NCBI RefSeq assembly: GCF_009914755.1
Contig: NC_060929.1
DNA length: 64,000 nt
Direction: 5' to 3' (one strand)
Source of the DNA: the human T2T-CHM13v2.0 reference genome, Homo sapiens
In this document: in pieces, positions 14,498 through 26,616 of the stretch
How positions within the stretch are numbered: the first letter of the stretch is position 1
Layout: the number at the start of each line of letters is the position of its first letter
Made by a program: the position numbers and the translations under genes
Notes under the pieces: generated by a model
The model's database searches: none
What the model was told of the DNA's origin: nothing
Seen by the model: the letters and a program-made list of their open reading frames with translations, nothing else

Positions 14498-14954
14498 GGG
14501 GGTGGTGGAAGGCATAGAAAATGGAAAGAAAAAGAAAGAAAGAAATTTCACCCTTTCTATTACTACCTATACAGACTTTCATCTCTAAGATGTGGATTTG
14601 TGGCTTCATTCCTTACTATTTCTTACTGAATGTTCTTGCCCTGCTAAGCTTCCTTACAAACTGCATTTTTATTCAAGTCTTAGAGTGACTCACAAACATC
14701 TACTCAATAAAATCAGAATCCTTTACATGGATTTTAATGCCTTTCATATTTCATGGGCACCCATCTTCTCCATTCTCATTTGAAATAATTCCCTGAAAAT
14801 CCCACAGATTATCAGACCAGAGTCACTTTACAATATGATAAACATCCACTTTCTCACCTTTGTTTATGTTGATCCAGGTCATACCAGGTTATGATGCGTT
14901 CCCTCCATCTCTTTATTCTTTCAAACTCCGCCTGTTATTTAAATTCAAATCAAA

Positions 14955-15374
14955 ATCTCTTGGGTTTCTAGGAATCAGACTTTGAGATTAAGATGTATAA
15001 GGAAGAAGTTTACCGGGGCTTGCTCTCAGAGGCAACCCCATGAGGAAATAAGTGAAGCAGTATTGGACAAATTAAGGAGTTAATAATGATGGCTTCATCT
15101 GGTCTCATGAGGAGCATTGAAACCGGGGTGGTCTTTTAGAGATGTCTGGATTAGACGCAAGGGTGTCGATTCCTTACACCCACATTACTCACCAGATGCA
15201 GACTGAGTTGAGGGCAAACAAGTTTCTCTTGGAGGCCGCTCCCTTAGGTAAAGGGTAATAACAGGAGATGAACTCAGCTGTGAGCTGTTAGTGGCAAACA
15301 TTCCTGGCAGCTGGGGAAACGCACGCCCTTGCCCTGAGGGTAGACCCAGGCAGAGTAACACAGCATTCACTGTC
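14955..15374 (-). mobile_element. ERVL LTR16-family solo LTR inside an L2 remnant
   Basis: gggtttctaggaatcagactttgaga...cagctgtgagctgttagtggcaaacattcctggcagctgggg...cagcattcactgtca resembles reverse LTR16; L2-like sequence on both sides. Confidence 0.7.
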
Positions 15375-15585
15375 ATCTGCTTGCATCTCTTTAAAACCTT
15401 GAGAGTTCCTAAAAATTCAACGGATGTTTTTGTACTTAATTTATTTCTTGTATGTGTCTCAACCACAGAATCTCAAACTGCTAAAGAAACATTTCCTTAG
15501 CATCCAGTAGCCATACTGAATCCGGAAGCGTGCTCTAAATATTAGTATAAACAAATTAGATTTTCCTCTCAAACATGAAGCAGGG

Positions 15586-15907
15586 GGCCGGGCGCGGTGG
15601 TTCACGCCTGTAATCCCAGCACTTTGGAAGGCCGAGAGGGGCGGATCACGAGGTCAAGAGATTGAGACCATCCTGGCTAACACAGTGAAACCCCGTCTCT
15701 ACTAAAAATACAAAAAATTAGCCGGGCGTGGTGGCAGGTGCCTGTAGTCCCAGCTACTCAGGAGGCTGAGGCAGGAGAATGGCGTGAACCCGGGAGGCGG
15801 AGCTTGCAGTGATCCGAGATGGTGCCACTGCATCCCAGCCTGGGAGACAGAGCGAGACTCCGTCTCAAAACAAACAAACAAAGAAACAAACAAACAAACC
15901 AAAAAAC
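15586..15907 (+). mobile_element. AluY
   Basis: Diagnostic gatcacgaggtc, ggctaacac, gaatggcgtgaacc, gagcttgcag; (CAAA)n tail; TSD catgaagcaggg. Confidence 0.95.
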
Positions 15908-18900
15908 CCATGAAGCAGGGGTATGTTATTAATTTAAGGGAATATACTTATCAAAAAGGGAATGTATTTATGAAAATATACAATGTATCAGGCATACCCA
16001 TGCACTGCACTCTGAGCTCTTAAGTATAGGAAATCAGTAGGGCTGAGGTATTTGTAGAAATTGCAGTTTAATACATCAAAATGAAGACATTTGCTCCTGC
16101 CATAAACATTTCTCGCATTTTATTTGAAAAGTAAAAAAAAAATACTAACAATTGGGACTAGTGACATTGTTCCTACTGCAATTTCATCTATAAAAAATGA
16201 CTTTATAGTGATGAATCTGCAAAGAGCACTATTGTTGGATATTATATAGATAATGCTTCTATGTTTAGTGTTGAGATGGCTGGATTTCAAGTGAAAACTA
16301 TATCAATGTTACATTAAAAATGAAGGTATTAAAGAGGTGTAGTTAGAAAAAGGGCAGACAAATCTTAAAAAGTGGGGTTCTATTTGAAAAATATAGAAAA
16401 AACTGCTTTAACTCAATAAAATTGAATATTTAATTATAACTTATTTATACAAAGAGTTCAAAATTGTTGAGCTATATTTGTTCCTATCTTATTTTAACCC
16501 AGAATAACTAACAACTAAACTTTACCTTTGCTAGATATCATTTAAAATAAAGAATTTTGTACTTTGTCAAATGAAAAGTTGGGAAAATATTTCACCTGTG
16601 CATCAATTTTATGTGAAGTCCAATTTTACATATAAACTCAGAGTTTGAGAGGGGAAAAAATGAAATGCTTTTATTGATTTAAATAATCAATCAAGGATCA
16701 TTGAAAAAAGTGTGTTTATAATATTTTTTCCTACTCATTAATGCAAGATAAAATACATTTTTGTTTTGCATTTGAAAAGACCATGATTTATCTTAAGGGA
16801 TTTGTAAAAAAAAATATTTTAACCTTTTGAAAGCTGTTCTTTTTGGAATATTTTACAGCCTTGTTTTTTTTTTTGTGAAAAATTGACTCACTTTCAAATA
16901 CCCACTAAGATTTGTTAGTCATTAAAAATATTCAGCTATTATATAGTCATTCATGACAATGTCACAAATGTTTGAGTTATTTTCATTGAAGACTCATTAT
17001 ATGTCTTTATTTTTCTTTCTCTTTGACATGAACAACCATCAAAGATGAAAATCATTTCTATGATGGACAAAGACATTTCATATTGACTTTGGGTTTCCCA
17101 GAGAATAAAGAGGATAATGAAAAATAAAAAGGAGTGAATAAAGAATGTAATGCTTTGTAATATTGATCTATTTTTAAAGAATCTGTAACTGAAATTCACT
17201 TCTGAATGACACCATGCAACATCATATCTAATGCTTCACCAGAAAGACAGTTTTTACTTTCACAAAAGTTTTATCAATTACATGTTTGAAAAATGCCAGG
17301 TGGGTGAGAGCTTAGTTGGCCTAAACCATCTTAAATCTTTGCAGGTCTATTAGGTCATTGATTTGGTTCTTTGGACATTTAATGAATATAATATGAATTG
17401 TTCGTTTTCTGTCATACGAGGAAAATATTTCAGACAAGATACTTTTATGATAGAGTAGCATATTATTATTATTATTATTTGCAACTCAGAGAGAAGTCTG
17501 CTTACTTTAATCCCACTAACTTGATTCAAGTCCTATCATCAGTGTGACCATTTAAATAAACAATAAGCTGAGGTAAAATAAAATAAAACATAACAAAACA
17601 AAAAAAGTGATCTCCCAAAGTAGGCCTTCTTCTGCAGGAAGTAAATGACAATTTATGGCATATTTCAATATGTGAAAAAAATGATTTTTTCACAAATTTC
17701 ATTAGCACACCATTGATTGCTCATTTTTCAGCTCTCAAAATAATTTAACATAGTCTCTTTCATGCAGAGGATAACATATTCATATTATTTGATTTTTGAT
17801 GAAACCAAATGACCCTTTAAATTTGCAATAGAGTTCTTTAATTTTGTATGAGTTTCTTTACTGCTGTTCATTTAATTTTCTGTTTCCATTAACCATCTGC
17901 AAGCATTTGACTCTATGACAATTATTCAGCTGTGGTACATCATGACTGACATATTTTATAAATGAAAAAAGAAAGAAAGAAAAGAAAATGGAGGAGGGTT
18001 AGAGATCACAAGAGAAAGGAGGAGAAGGCAATCGAACACAAATGTCATGGTTTGGAATCATGTATTTTCCATTCAGCTGAAACATCTGAGTGGTAATTAT
18101 TGGTCCAACTGTAAATCTAGCCTAATTGCATTTTGTCTTCATTTCTGACAAGCACTTCACGATGATGATGATTACTCTTGCTAAATGCATTCGTTCCATG
18201 AATGTTTTCCCACACTGATGGCCAGGGGGCCTTGTAGATAAAAAGACTGCAGACAAAATAGCTCAATTCTGCTACAACTAAATCAGTATTGATTTCTTTT
18301 CCCAACTAAGAGAAGGACCCACTGTATATGCCTTTTGTTTTTCTGCCTACCTACCACATAGGGGGGTTTGGTCAGTAGATATTAGAATGTGCTTTAATTG
18401 ACTGACATAACTGAGAGGCCAATCCTGGGCAATTAGCACTGATTAACTGTGTCGCTTGTCTGACAAACAGAGCACATTACATCTTGCCCATTTTCTTAAA
18501 GGCCTGTATTGAAAAGAATCCCACTGTTTGATTTAATTTTTCTTTGTACCATGGAAACCTTTTGCCATGTTGATTTAAATGTAATTTTTGCCTCTTTATG
18601 CTTTTTTCCCTTCTTATTATTGAATACCCAGTGAGCCTTTTCAATGATGGCACGGGGACAGGCTGTTAGCGTCTTTTCATAAATCTCTGTATTTCACAGT
18701 GGGGCAATTAAACTAAACATTTAGATTTGTGCTACAAATTTAAATGTGCAAGTGGAAGCAAATGGCTATGGAATTGAAGGGCATTATATTGCTTCATCAT
18801 TGCAGTTCAGCTTTTCAGACTCAGTGAATGTTCTGACAAAGAAATTCTAGAAAAATTGTAGTTCTGGAATTTTTCTGAAAAAATCTTTGTAATGTAGCAT

Positions 18901-19286
18901 CAGATAAAATCTGCACAGACTAAATAATCACACTTAACTATTCATTTGGATGATTTAGACATTTCATCTAAGTTCTTGAAACATTTATGAGCAATACTTG
19001 AATCCACCTTTGACAATGGGGCAAGGGAGAAAGGCTGTCATCAAGCTTCTGAACACAGTCAGTCTCTGAACAATGCATATTATAACCCAAGGCAAAACAC
19101 CTGCAGATGGTGGATAATAGTAAAAGAGGTAAAAGGCTAGCACAGAAAGAGAAGGTATGAAGACTGCAGTTATATAGCAAAAAAGGCTTAAGTTAAATGA
19201 ATTTGGTTCTTAACGTGTGATATAATGCTTGGAACGTTCAGAAATAAATAGATTCTGTTGTAATAGAATCCTCACAGAAAGCATTA

Positions 19287-19795
19287 GTGGACAGTTATTA
19301 TTTGCTTCCCCAGCACCCATTTCTCTTTCTTCCTGGGAGGGGCCCTGATTTTCACTGGAAGTTCCATTCTTCTCCCATTCTCAGTCTATGTGGCTTGAAA
19401 CTGAGTCTCCACCCCAGCAAAAAATATGCAGCATCTATTCAGTTCATACAGTGTGGTAGGTACACTGTAGATCAGGCTAAACCCATTCTGGAATAACATT
19501 TCCTGGCCACCTGAGTCATTCAGATGTGAACAAAATCTAAAGCAATCTGATCAAAGTAACTTTCAAGGCTTTTTCAAACTGCCTCGAGTAAAAACTTCCA
19601 CTCCACTGGACTTTAACAATGGATTATCTAGGTATCCACACATCTTGCTATTATGCCCAGCTGCAGAATGAAGTCAACACATTGAAAGAAGTAGAAAGAA
19701 ACCAGGAGTCAGTGCCATCATTTGGGCAACAAGGTCAATATATACCCTTGTTGCTTAAGCCAGTTGCCATTGATTTTTCTGTCAAAAAATACTTA
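19287..19795 (+). mobile_element. MaLR LTR (MLT1J/K-like)
   Basis: Begins gtggacagttattatttgcttccccagcacccat and ends ttgcttaagccagttgccattgatttttctgtca, as in old MLT1. Confidence 0.65.
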
Positions 19796-20057
19796 AATAT
19801 AGAAGCTAAAACTATTTGAACAAGATTATAGAGCAGAATGAAAAGCAAAAATACATAGGAAAGAAAATGTTTGAACTTCAGTTTAGAGAAAACACAACTT
19901 ATCATATTCTACTGCCCCTTCAAACTTTAATCATTGAGTATGAAGTTCTCTAACCCAGATGAAAATTCTAACAAGCTCTTGGTTTTTCTTTGCATTATGT
20001 AACATAAAGAGTTCCCAAATCACTTTTAGTTCCAAACACAGTCTTGAATTTTAAAAA

Positions 20058-20205
20058 AGTTCTCATTACAAAGAAATGATAAATGTTTAAGATGATTGAT
20101 ATGCTAATTACCCTGATTTGACTGTTATACGTGTATGAAAACATCACACTCTAACCCATAAATATGTACAATTGTTACGTGGCAATTAAAAATAAAATAA
20201 AACAA
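20058..20205 (+). mobile_element. L1MA 3' terminal fragment
   Basis: aaagaaatgataaatgtttaagatg...atatgctaattaccctgatttga...cccataaatatgtacaatt plus A-rich tail. Confidence 0.85.
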
Positions 20206-20496
20206 CAACAAAAAAGATTGTCTAGTCCCCCAGAAAAATAAAAACTCTAAGTTGGCCTTTGTATTTGGTCTTTTTAATGGTTTTAGAATGGAAGGCTGCA
20301 AAAGCAAAAATATAATTATTTATAAATTTTTCTCCATCTCGCTTTTTGTGTATTTCCATCTGTAAGTGTAGCTTCAGAATTGAGTGCTTAGAGGCAATGA
20401 AATGTAAGATGTTCTTTGAGGAAGTCAAGGAGAAAAAAACTAATATATTTCATTGCTACTGATAAGAGAGACATAGATATGATGGAGAGGCATTTG

Positions 20497-20700
20497 CATG
20501 GAGACAGTGGCTCCAGAATCAGATTGATTATTAGCATCTCTACTTGTCATTAGCTAGGACATTAGGCTAAGTAGCTCAACTTTTGTCTTTGCAGTTAAGA
20601 TTAAAGCTTACCTTTTAAGATTACTGTAAGAAATACAAAACCAATGTGTACTACATGCTTACCACACTTTATGAACTGAGTAAAATGTTTCAGTTATTTG
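20497..20700 (+). mobile_element. MIR
   Basis: Degenerate MIR (gtggctccagaatcagattg...attagctaggacattaggctaagtagctcaac). Confidence 0.5.
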
Positions 20701-21643
20701 AGAAGACTTATCAATAGGATGTTAGGAGAGGAAAATCATACCCCTTTCTAGAGTAAAAGCAGAGTAAAAACATAAACAATAGTTCATTTGAAGTGTTATA
20801 ATCCCCCATGATGTGAAAAATACAAAAATATATTAAAAAGAGATAAAAATCCATTTTATAGACTTATTCTCAGTAATTATCTATCCATATATATATATAT
20901 ATATATCAGTAATTATCTATCCTGTTAAATCAGGAGTTATTTCTGAGATAAGAAAACATTAACTCCAGTTGAACTAAGAGCTTGTAAGCACTCTGTGAGC
21001 TCATAACAGTGTAGGTATCCCTAGAAGCACTTGAAATGCACATTGCAAATACTATCAATAACTAACTGCTTAATATAAAATGCTGGCCAAATAACCTTCA
21101 CAAGCAAATGTGGTGAACAACAGAGATGATATTAGAGATAATATTTTACAAAACACAACAACTTAAAATTTATCTCAGAAATTTTTTTTTCCTCACGTAG
21201 TTATGCTAATACAGGGTTACATGTTTTTCTCCAACATTTTAGGTATCACATCAATGTACTCTGTAAATCCTATTGCCATATGAGTTATGAAACATTTCCT
21301 TTTCAACTCTGGGTTTCAAGTTAAGGTGCCATAGTTAAACATGCTTTTACCTGTGAGCAAAATATCAATAGATTGGGCCTGTTTGAGAGCTAAAAAGTAT
21401 AATTGATTTATTAAAATTATGTCTATGTCTAAATGAAGAGAATATTTCCCCCTCAGATGGTAATTTACAAGACATTTGTATATGACATATTCTTCACAAC
21501 ATAATTGGAATTTTTTTGAAGAATGATTTTTTTTTTTTACTTAAATCAAGGATATAATGGGAAGGTTACTATGATAAGAACAATGAATAAAGCCAGGGTT
21601 GTTCTATAGGTAGGGGATGTGGATTATACCGAGTGTTACAGTC

Positions 21644-22190
21644 TGTATTAGTTGCATATGGCCACATAACAATCACCAAAACCTAAATAATGTAAAACAA
21701 CATACATGTATTATCACAGTTTCAATGGGCATGAATCTGGGCATGAATTAATTGAGTGGTCATCACGAGGTCTTGCAAGGATGCAATCAACGTGGTTGCT
21801 ATGCGACATTACTTTCTGGTGCTCAGGATCCTCTTCAAAGCTCAAATAGTTGTTAGCATAATTCAGTTTCTTGTGGCTAAGTGTTGGGTTTCATTTTCTT
21901 GCTAGTTATTAGCTGCGGACTACTCTCAGATCCCACGGTGCCCCCTCAGGTCCTTGGCATTTGGCCCCCTCCATCAACACGTTCACATTGCAGATTACAT
22001 TTTCAAGGTCAGCAGGAGAACACATCTGACCTCCATGAGGGTCCCAATCCATTTAAAGGGCTCACCTGATTAAGTCAAGCCCTCCCAGGAAAACCTTTTT
22101 TTAAAAAAATAAATTAAATGAAAGACAATTGATTAGAGCCTTAATTTACATCTGTAAAACTCCTCTTGTCATATAACGCAATAATCACTA
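21644..22190 (-). mobile_element. MaLR LTR (MLT1E/D-like)
   Basis: tgtattagtt start; cataattcagtttcttgtggct; tttaaagggctcacctgattaagtcaagccctcccagga; ttaatttacatctgtaaaact. Confidence 0.8.
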
Positions 22191-23011
22191 TTGCTTTTGA
22201 AATCAGCTACAGGTAACGGAATAATCAGTATTCAAGATTATATCTGAGGACTATTTAAAAATACAACTTATTTTATCTTCCCTTGTGAAAAATATTTTGA
22301 ACTTTTCACTCCACATTAGAATATATCCTCTAAGATAAGTCTTATGCATGTGTTTCTGAATCCACAGTTGAAAGTCGACTGAGAGAAGCTGCAAGTGCTA
22401 CAAATCTGCTGTAAAGATGAAGCTGATCCCCATCGTATTACTGTCTACAGCATGTTCACTTTGTAATGCATGAATATTTTCCTATATTTACTATTCAAAT
22501 TTTAGTAAACATTTAGTATTGGCAACATATTATGTGCTAAATACTAGTTTTTAAAATGAGAATTATTATGTTTTCTTAAAAACATCTTTTGAATATTTTT
22601 AGGATGTAATTTTCATGAGGGGCAAAAATGGGTGGTATAGCATGGTAATTGTTATCCTCCACAGGTTCAGCAAAATCTATAAAGATCCTAATCTATCCTA
22701 GTACATAACTATGGATCAAGTATTTGTAATTTTTTTCTAAACCAAAACTGCATGTTATTTAACCCATACTTGGAATAACAGATTCTATTTTGTTAAACTG
22801 TAAGCTAAAGTATTATTTGTTTCAATAGTAAACAAAAGGATTATTTTATGTTATAGAAATTTTATCTTTTTTTAGATGTCAAACATCACATTGATAAAAT
22901 TATACTGAAATTTGGATAACATATTTTGTTTGCTGTATTATATAACCACAAAGATTTAAAAACTTGATCAAATCTAAGTTTAAGATAATGTAATACGGAT
23001 TAAGTATGCAC

Positions 23012-23192
23012 TTTAGAGATAGTATAGGTTTTGAATATTGCTCTCACCCTTTACTAGCTGTGATTTTGAGCAACTACTCACACATAATCTGTACATTGTC
23101 ACTGAGCTTGTACACATAAAGCATTTAGTACAGTGTCTATTTTAAAATTTTATCAGTAAATATTAACTATTAATATTTTATCATCATCATCG
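23012..23192 (+). mobile_element. MIR
   Basis: tttactagctgtgattttgagcaactact core and cataaagcatttagtacagtgtct. Confidence 0.6.
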
Positions 23193-24127
23193 TCATATTT
23201 CTTATCAAGACAAAATTATAATATTTATGAGAAGAAAGCATCTATCAGCAATGACTTGAGCTTATACTTTTATAATTAAAATTTTCATCATAAAATTTTA
23301 CAAAGACAACTTGAACCCGGACAAACTTGTCAAAAGTTGTGTTGAAGAATAAATGATTAAAGTTCAGTTGTAAATATTCATCAGCAATAGTGAACACATA
23401 GGTTTGAGATTTCATATTCATTGAAATTGCTTTGAGTTCAACTTTGCTAAAGAATTTAATTTTTTTCACAGTTGAAACCATTGCTATTTTTTCTATCAAA
23501 AGCTATATTATAAACAAATTCTTAAAAAGAGGCAACATTCTGATATTCTAAAATCCAAAATACGTAGATGATAAGTAATATTAAATAAAGCAACTAAATA
23601 TCTTGCCCTTGGAACTCAGAGGTTTCCCTTTAAATTTAACTTAAGAAGAACATAGTGGACACCCAATATGTATTTACTGAATTAAAAAAAAAACAAATAT
23701 TTCTATTAATAAATAAAAGACCTTTTCGTTGTTAATAAGCAAAATGCATTTTGAAGCTCACTTTCCGTTTGTGTATGTGTGTGTACATGTGTTTGTATAT
23801 GAGTGAAAGGATTGGATTTTTGGTAATAAACTCAATGTCATCAAATCATATATGTACTTATGTGTGTGCATATACTTATGCATACATATTTATGTCTCAT
23901 ATGTATATATATGTATAATTCATATTATTACTTATCATTTAGTAATTTACTTTCTTTTTTATCTGATCCTTTCTTCTACTGTGTTTTATTTTTAACAAGA
24001 GGAGAAAGGTAACATTTTTATCATGTAAAACATTTACTTGAAAAATCATTATCATTAGAATCTGATTATTTTTTGTCTGCTATCTTTCTAGTGTTCAAAC
24101 ATAGAGCTATGAAATTGCCAATGTTTC

Positions 24128-24315
24128 TTTTTTAAGTTGAGATAATAATTGTACATATCTGTTTTGATACATGTATAGTGATCAGATCAGGGTAATACAC
24201 ATAGCCATTATCTCAAACATTTGGCATTTCTTTGTGTTGGAATAATTCCATATCCTCCTCCTTCCCATTTAAAACTATACAATATAATATTGTTAACTAT
24301 GCTCATCCTACACTG
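24128..24315 (-). mobile_element. L1MA 3' fragment
   Basis: ataataattgtacatat...gatcagatcagggtaat...atctcaaacatt...attgttaactat; mirrors the element at 20058. Confidence 0.8.
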
Positions 24316-26224
24316 GGTGGTAGAGAAGCTGGCAACCTAGGAATGCCAACACATGTGGACAAAAAAAAAAGTTACCCTTCAAGTCTGCTCTCTCAAAACA
24401 ACCAACAGGAAATAGTAAAGCTGGCGAGACAGAGACTTTTAGACAATTGCTGCTCTGTAAAAAAGAAATACCAGAAAAAATTACTGTTCAACCTACGCAC
24501 CTGACATCTCTCTAGACACCAAATTATACTATGCTGCAATGAGGAGTCCAGGTTCCTCCACAGACCCCCTACTGATATGGTGTCAAACAAGGAAGAGTGT
24601 GGAACAGGGACTTTCATGAGTACTCATCAGTAAGGTAGCAGAACCCAGCTACCCCTGTCAGTTATCACACAGAGTGGCTGGACTTCCACCAGCTTTGGAA
24701 GCTAAAGAGTCACCCTTCCCTTCCAGGCTGAGATAATGTCAAAAGAGACATAGTGGAAAATCAGTAATCTCACCACTCAAATATAAGGAGGCTAACCACC
24801 AGAGAGGACAAATAAGAGTTGCTCCCCCACCTTTCAGCCAGGTTGGTATCACTAGGAGCCCTAATGGATAGCCTTAATTTCCACTCCTGCACTGAGAAAC
24901 CAGGAACCCCTCCTGCCACCCCACTAGGTGTCAACAGAGCCCAAATGGCAAAGCTGAACTTCCACACATAATTGACACTAACTAGTTGGTGTCTCCCTCT
25001 CCACTCTGCTAAAACAAACAAACAAAATGAACAAACAAACAAAAAACAGATTTACATTTGAATGAGAAAAAAACAATCAGAAAATGCCAGACTGAGATGA
25101 CATAGATACAAGTATCCCTTGGAGACACTGAAGGTTCACTTCCAGACCAAGGCAATAAAATGAACATCACAATAAACTGAGTCACACAATGTTAAGGTTT
25201 CCCAGTGCATATAAAAATTATGTTTATACTATTTCATAGTCTATTAAGTGTGCAATAGCAGTATGTATAAAAATGTAGATACCTTAATTTTAAAATACTT
25301 TATTTCTTTTTTTCATGTTTAAACCATACAATAGGAACTCTGAACAACACAACTACATGATATTGTGGTTACAGAGCATGTTCTTTGGCCTGTAACATGC
25401 AATGCTGTCTGATGGCATTTATCCAAGTAGAACTTCTTTCAAATTTGGAATCAATCTTCTCGACAGTGCCACTGCCTTATCAACTGAGTTTATGTAATAG
25501 TCTAAATTCTTTGTTGATATTTCAAAAATGTTCATAGCATATTCACCAGAAGTAGATTTCATCTCAAAAAACCACTTCTTTTTCTCACTCATAAAAAATA
25601 ACCCTTATTCATTCAAGTTTTATCAAGAGGTTGCAGCAATAGAGTCACATCTTCAGGCTTTAGTTCTCTTGCTACATCCTCTGCATCTGCAATTACTTCC
25701 TCCACGGGTGTCTTGAAACCCTCAAAGTCATCCATGAGAATTGGAATTAACTTATTCCAAACTCCTGTTAATGTTGATATTTTGAACTCCTCCATGAATC
25801 ACCAATGTTACTAATGGTATCTAGAATGGCAATTTCTTTTTCAGAAGTTTTTCAATGTATTTTGTCTAGATTGCAGAGAAATTACTATCTATGGCTACTA
25901 TACCTTTACAAAATGTATTTTTAAAATACTAAGACTTCAAAATCAAACTTACTTCTTGATCCATGAGTTGCAGAATGGATGTTGTGTTAACTAGCATGAA
26001 AGCAACATTAATCTCTTTGTACATCTCCAGCAGAGCTCCTGGACCAGGTGCTTTTTCAATGAGTAGTAATATTTTGAGAGGAATCTTCTTTTTCTAAACA
26101 GTAAGTCTTAACAGGCTTAAAATATTCAGTAAACAATGGTATAAACAGATGTATTATCATCCAGGCTTTGTTACTCTATTTATGGAGCACATGTAGAGTT
26201 GATTTAGCATAATTCTTAAGGACC

Positions 26225-26616
26225 TGATATAATTTGGATATTTGTCTCTCCAAATCTTGTGTTGAAATGTAATCCCCAATGTGGGAGGTGGGGCCTGGGG
26301 GGAGGTGTTTAGGTCATAGGGGCAAGTCTCACATGGCTTGGTGCTGTTCTCATGACGGTGAGTGAGTTCTTCCAAAATGTGGTCATTTAAAAGCTTGTGG
26401 CACCTCCCTCCTCTTGCTCCTGTTCTTGCCATGTGAGATACTGGCTCCCTTTTGGCCTTCTGCTGCTATTGAAAGCTTCCTGGGGCCTCACCAGAAGCCA
26501 AGTAGATGCCAGAACGTTGCTTCCTGTACAGCCTGCAGAACCATTAGCCAAGTAAGGCTCTTTTCTTTATAAAATACCCAGTCTCAGGTATTTCTTTATG
26601 CAAGAGTGGCATAACA
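26225..26616 (+). mobile_element. MSTA (MaLR) 5' LTR
   Basis: tgatataatttggatatttgtctctccaaatc...cccagtctcaggtatttctttat. Confidence 0.85.

Noticed and set aside
14169-14588. 139-aa ORF
   Set aside because: Runs through a CA microsatellite; no recognisable homology.
18219-18232. CTCF-like tggccagggggcct
   Set aside because: Mismatches the 5' CC and the 3' end of the core; too weak without ChIP data.
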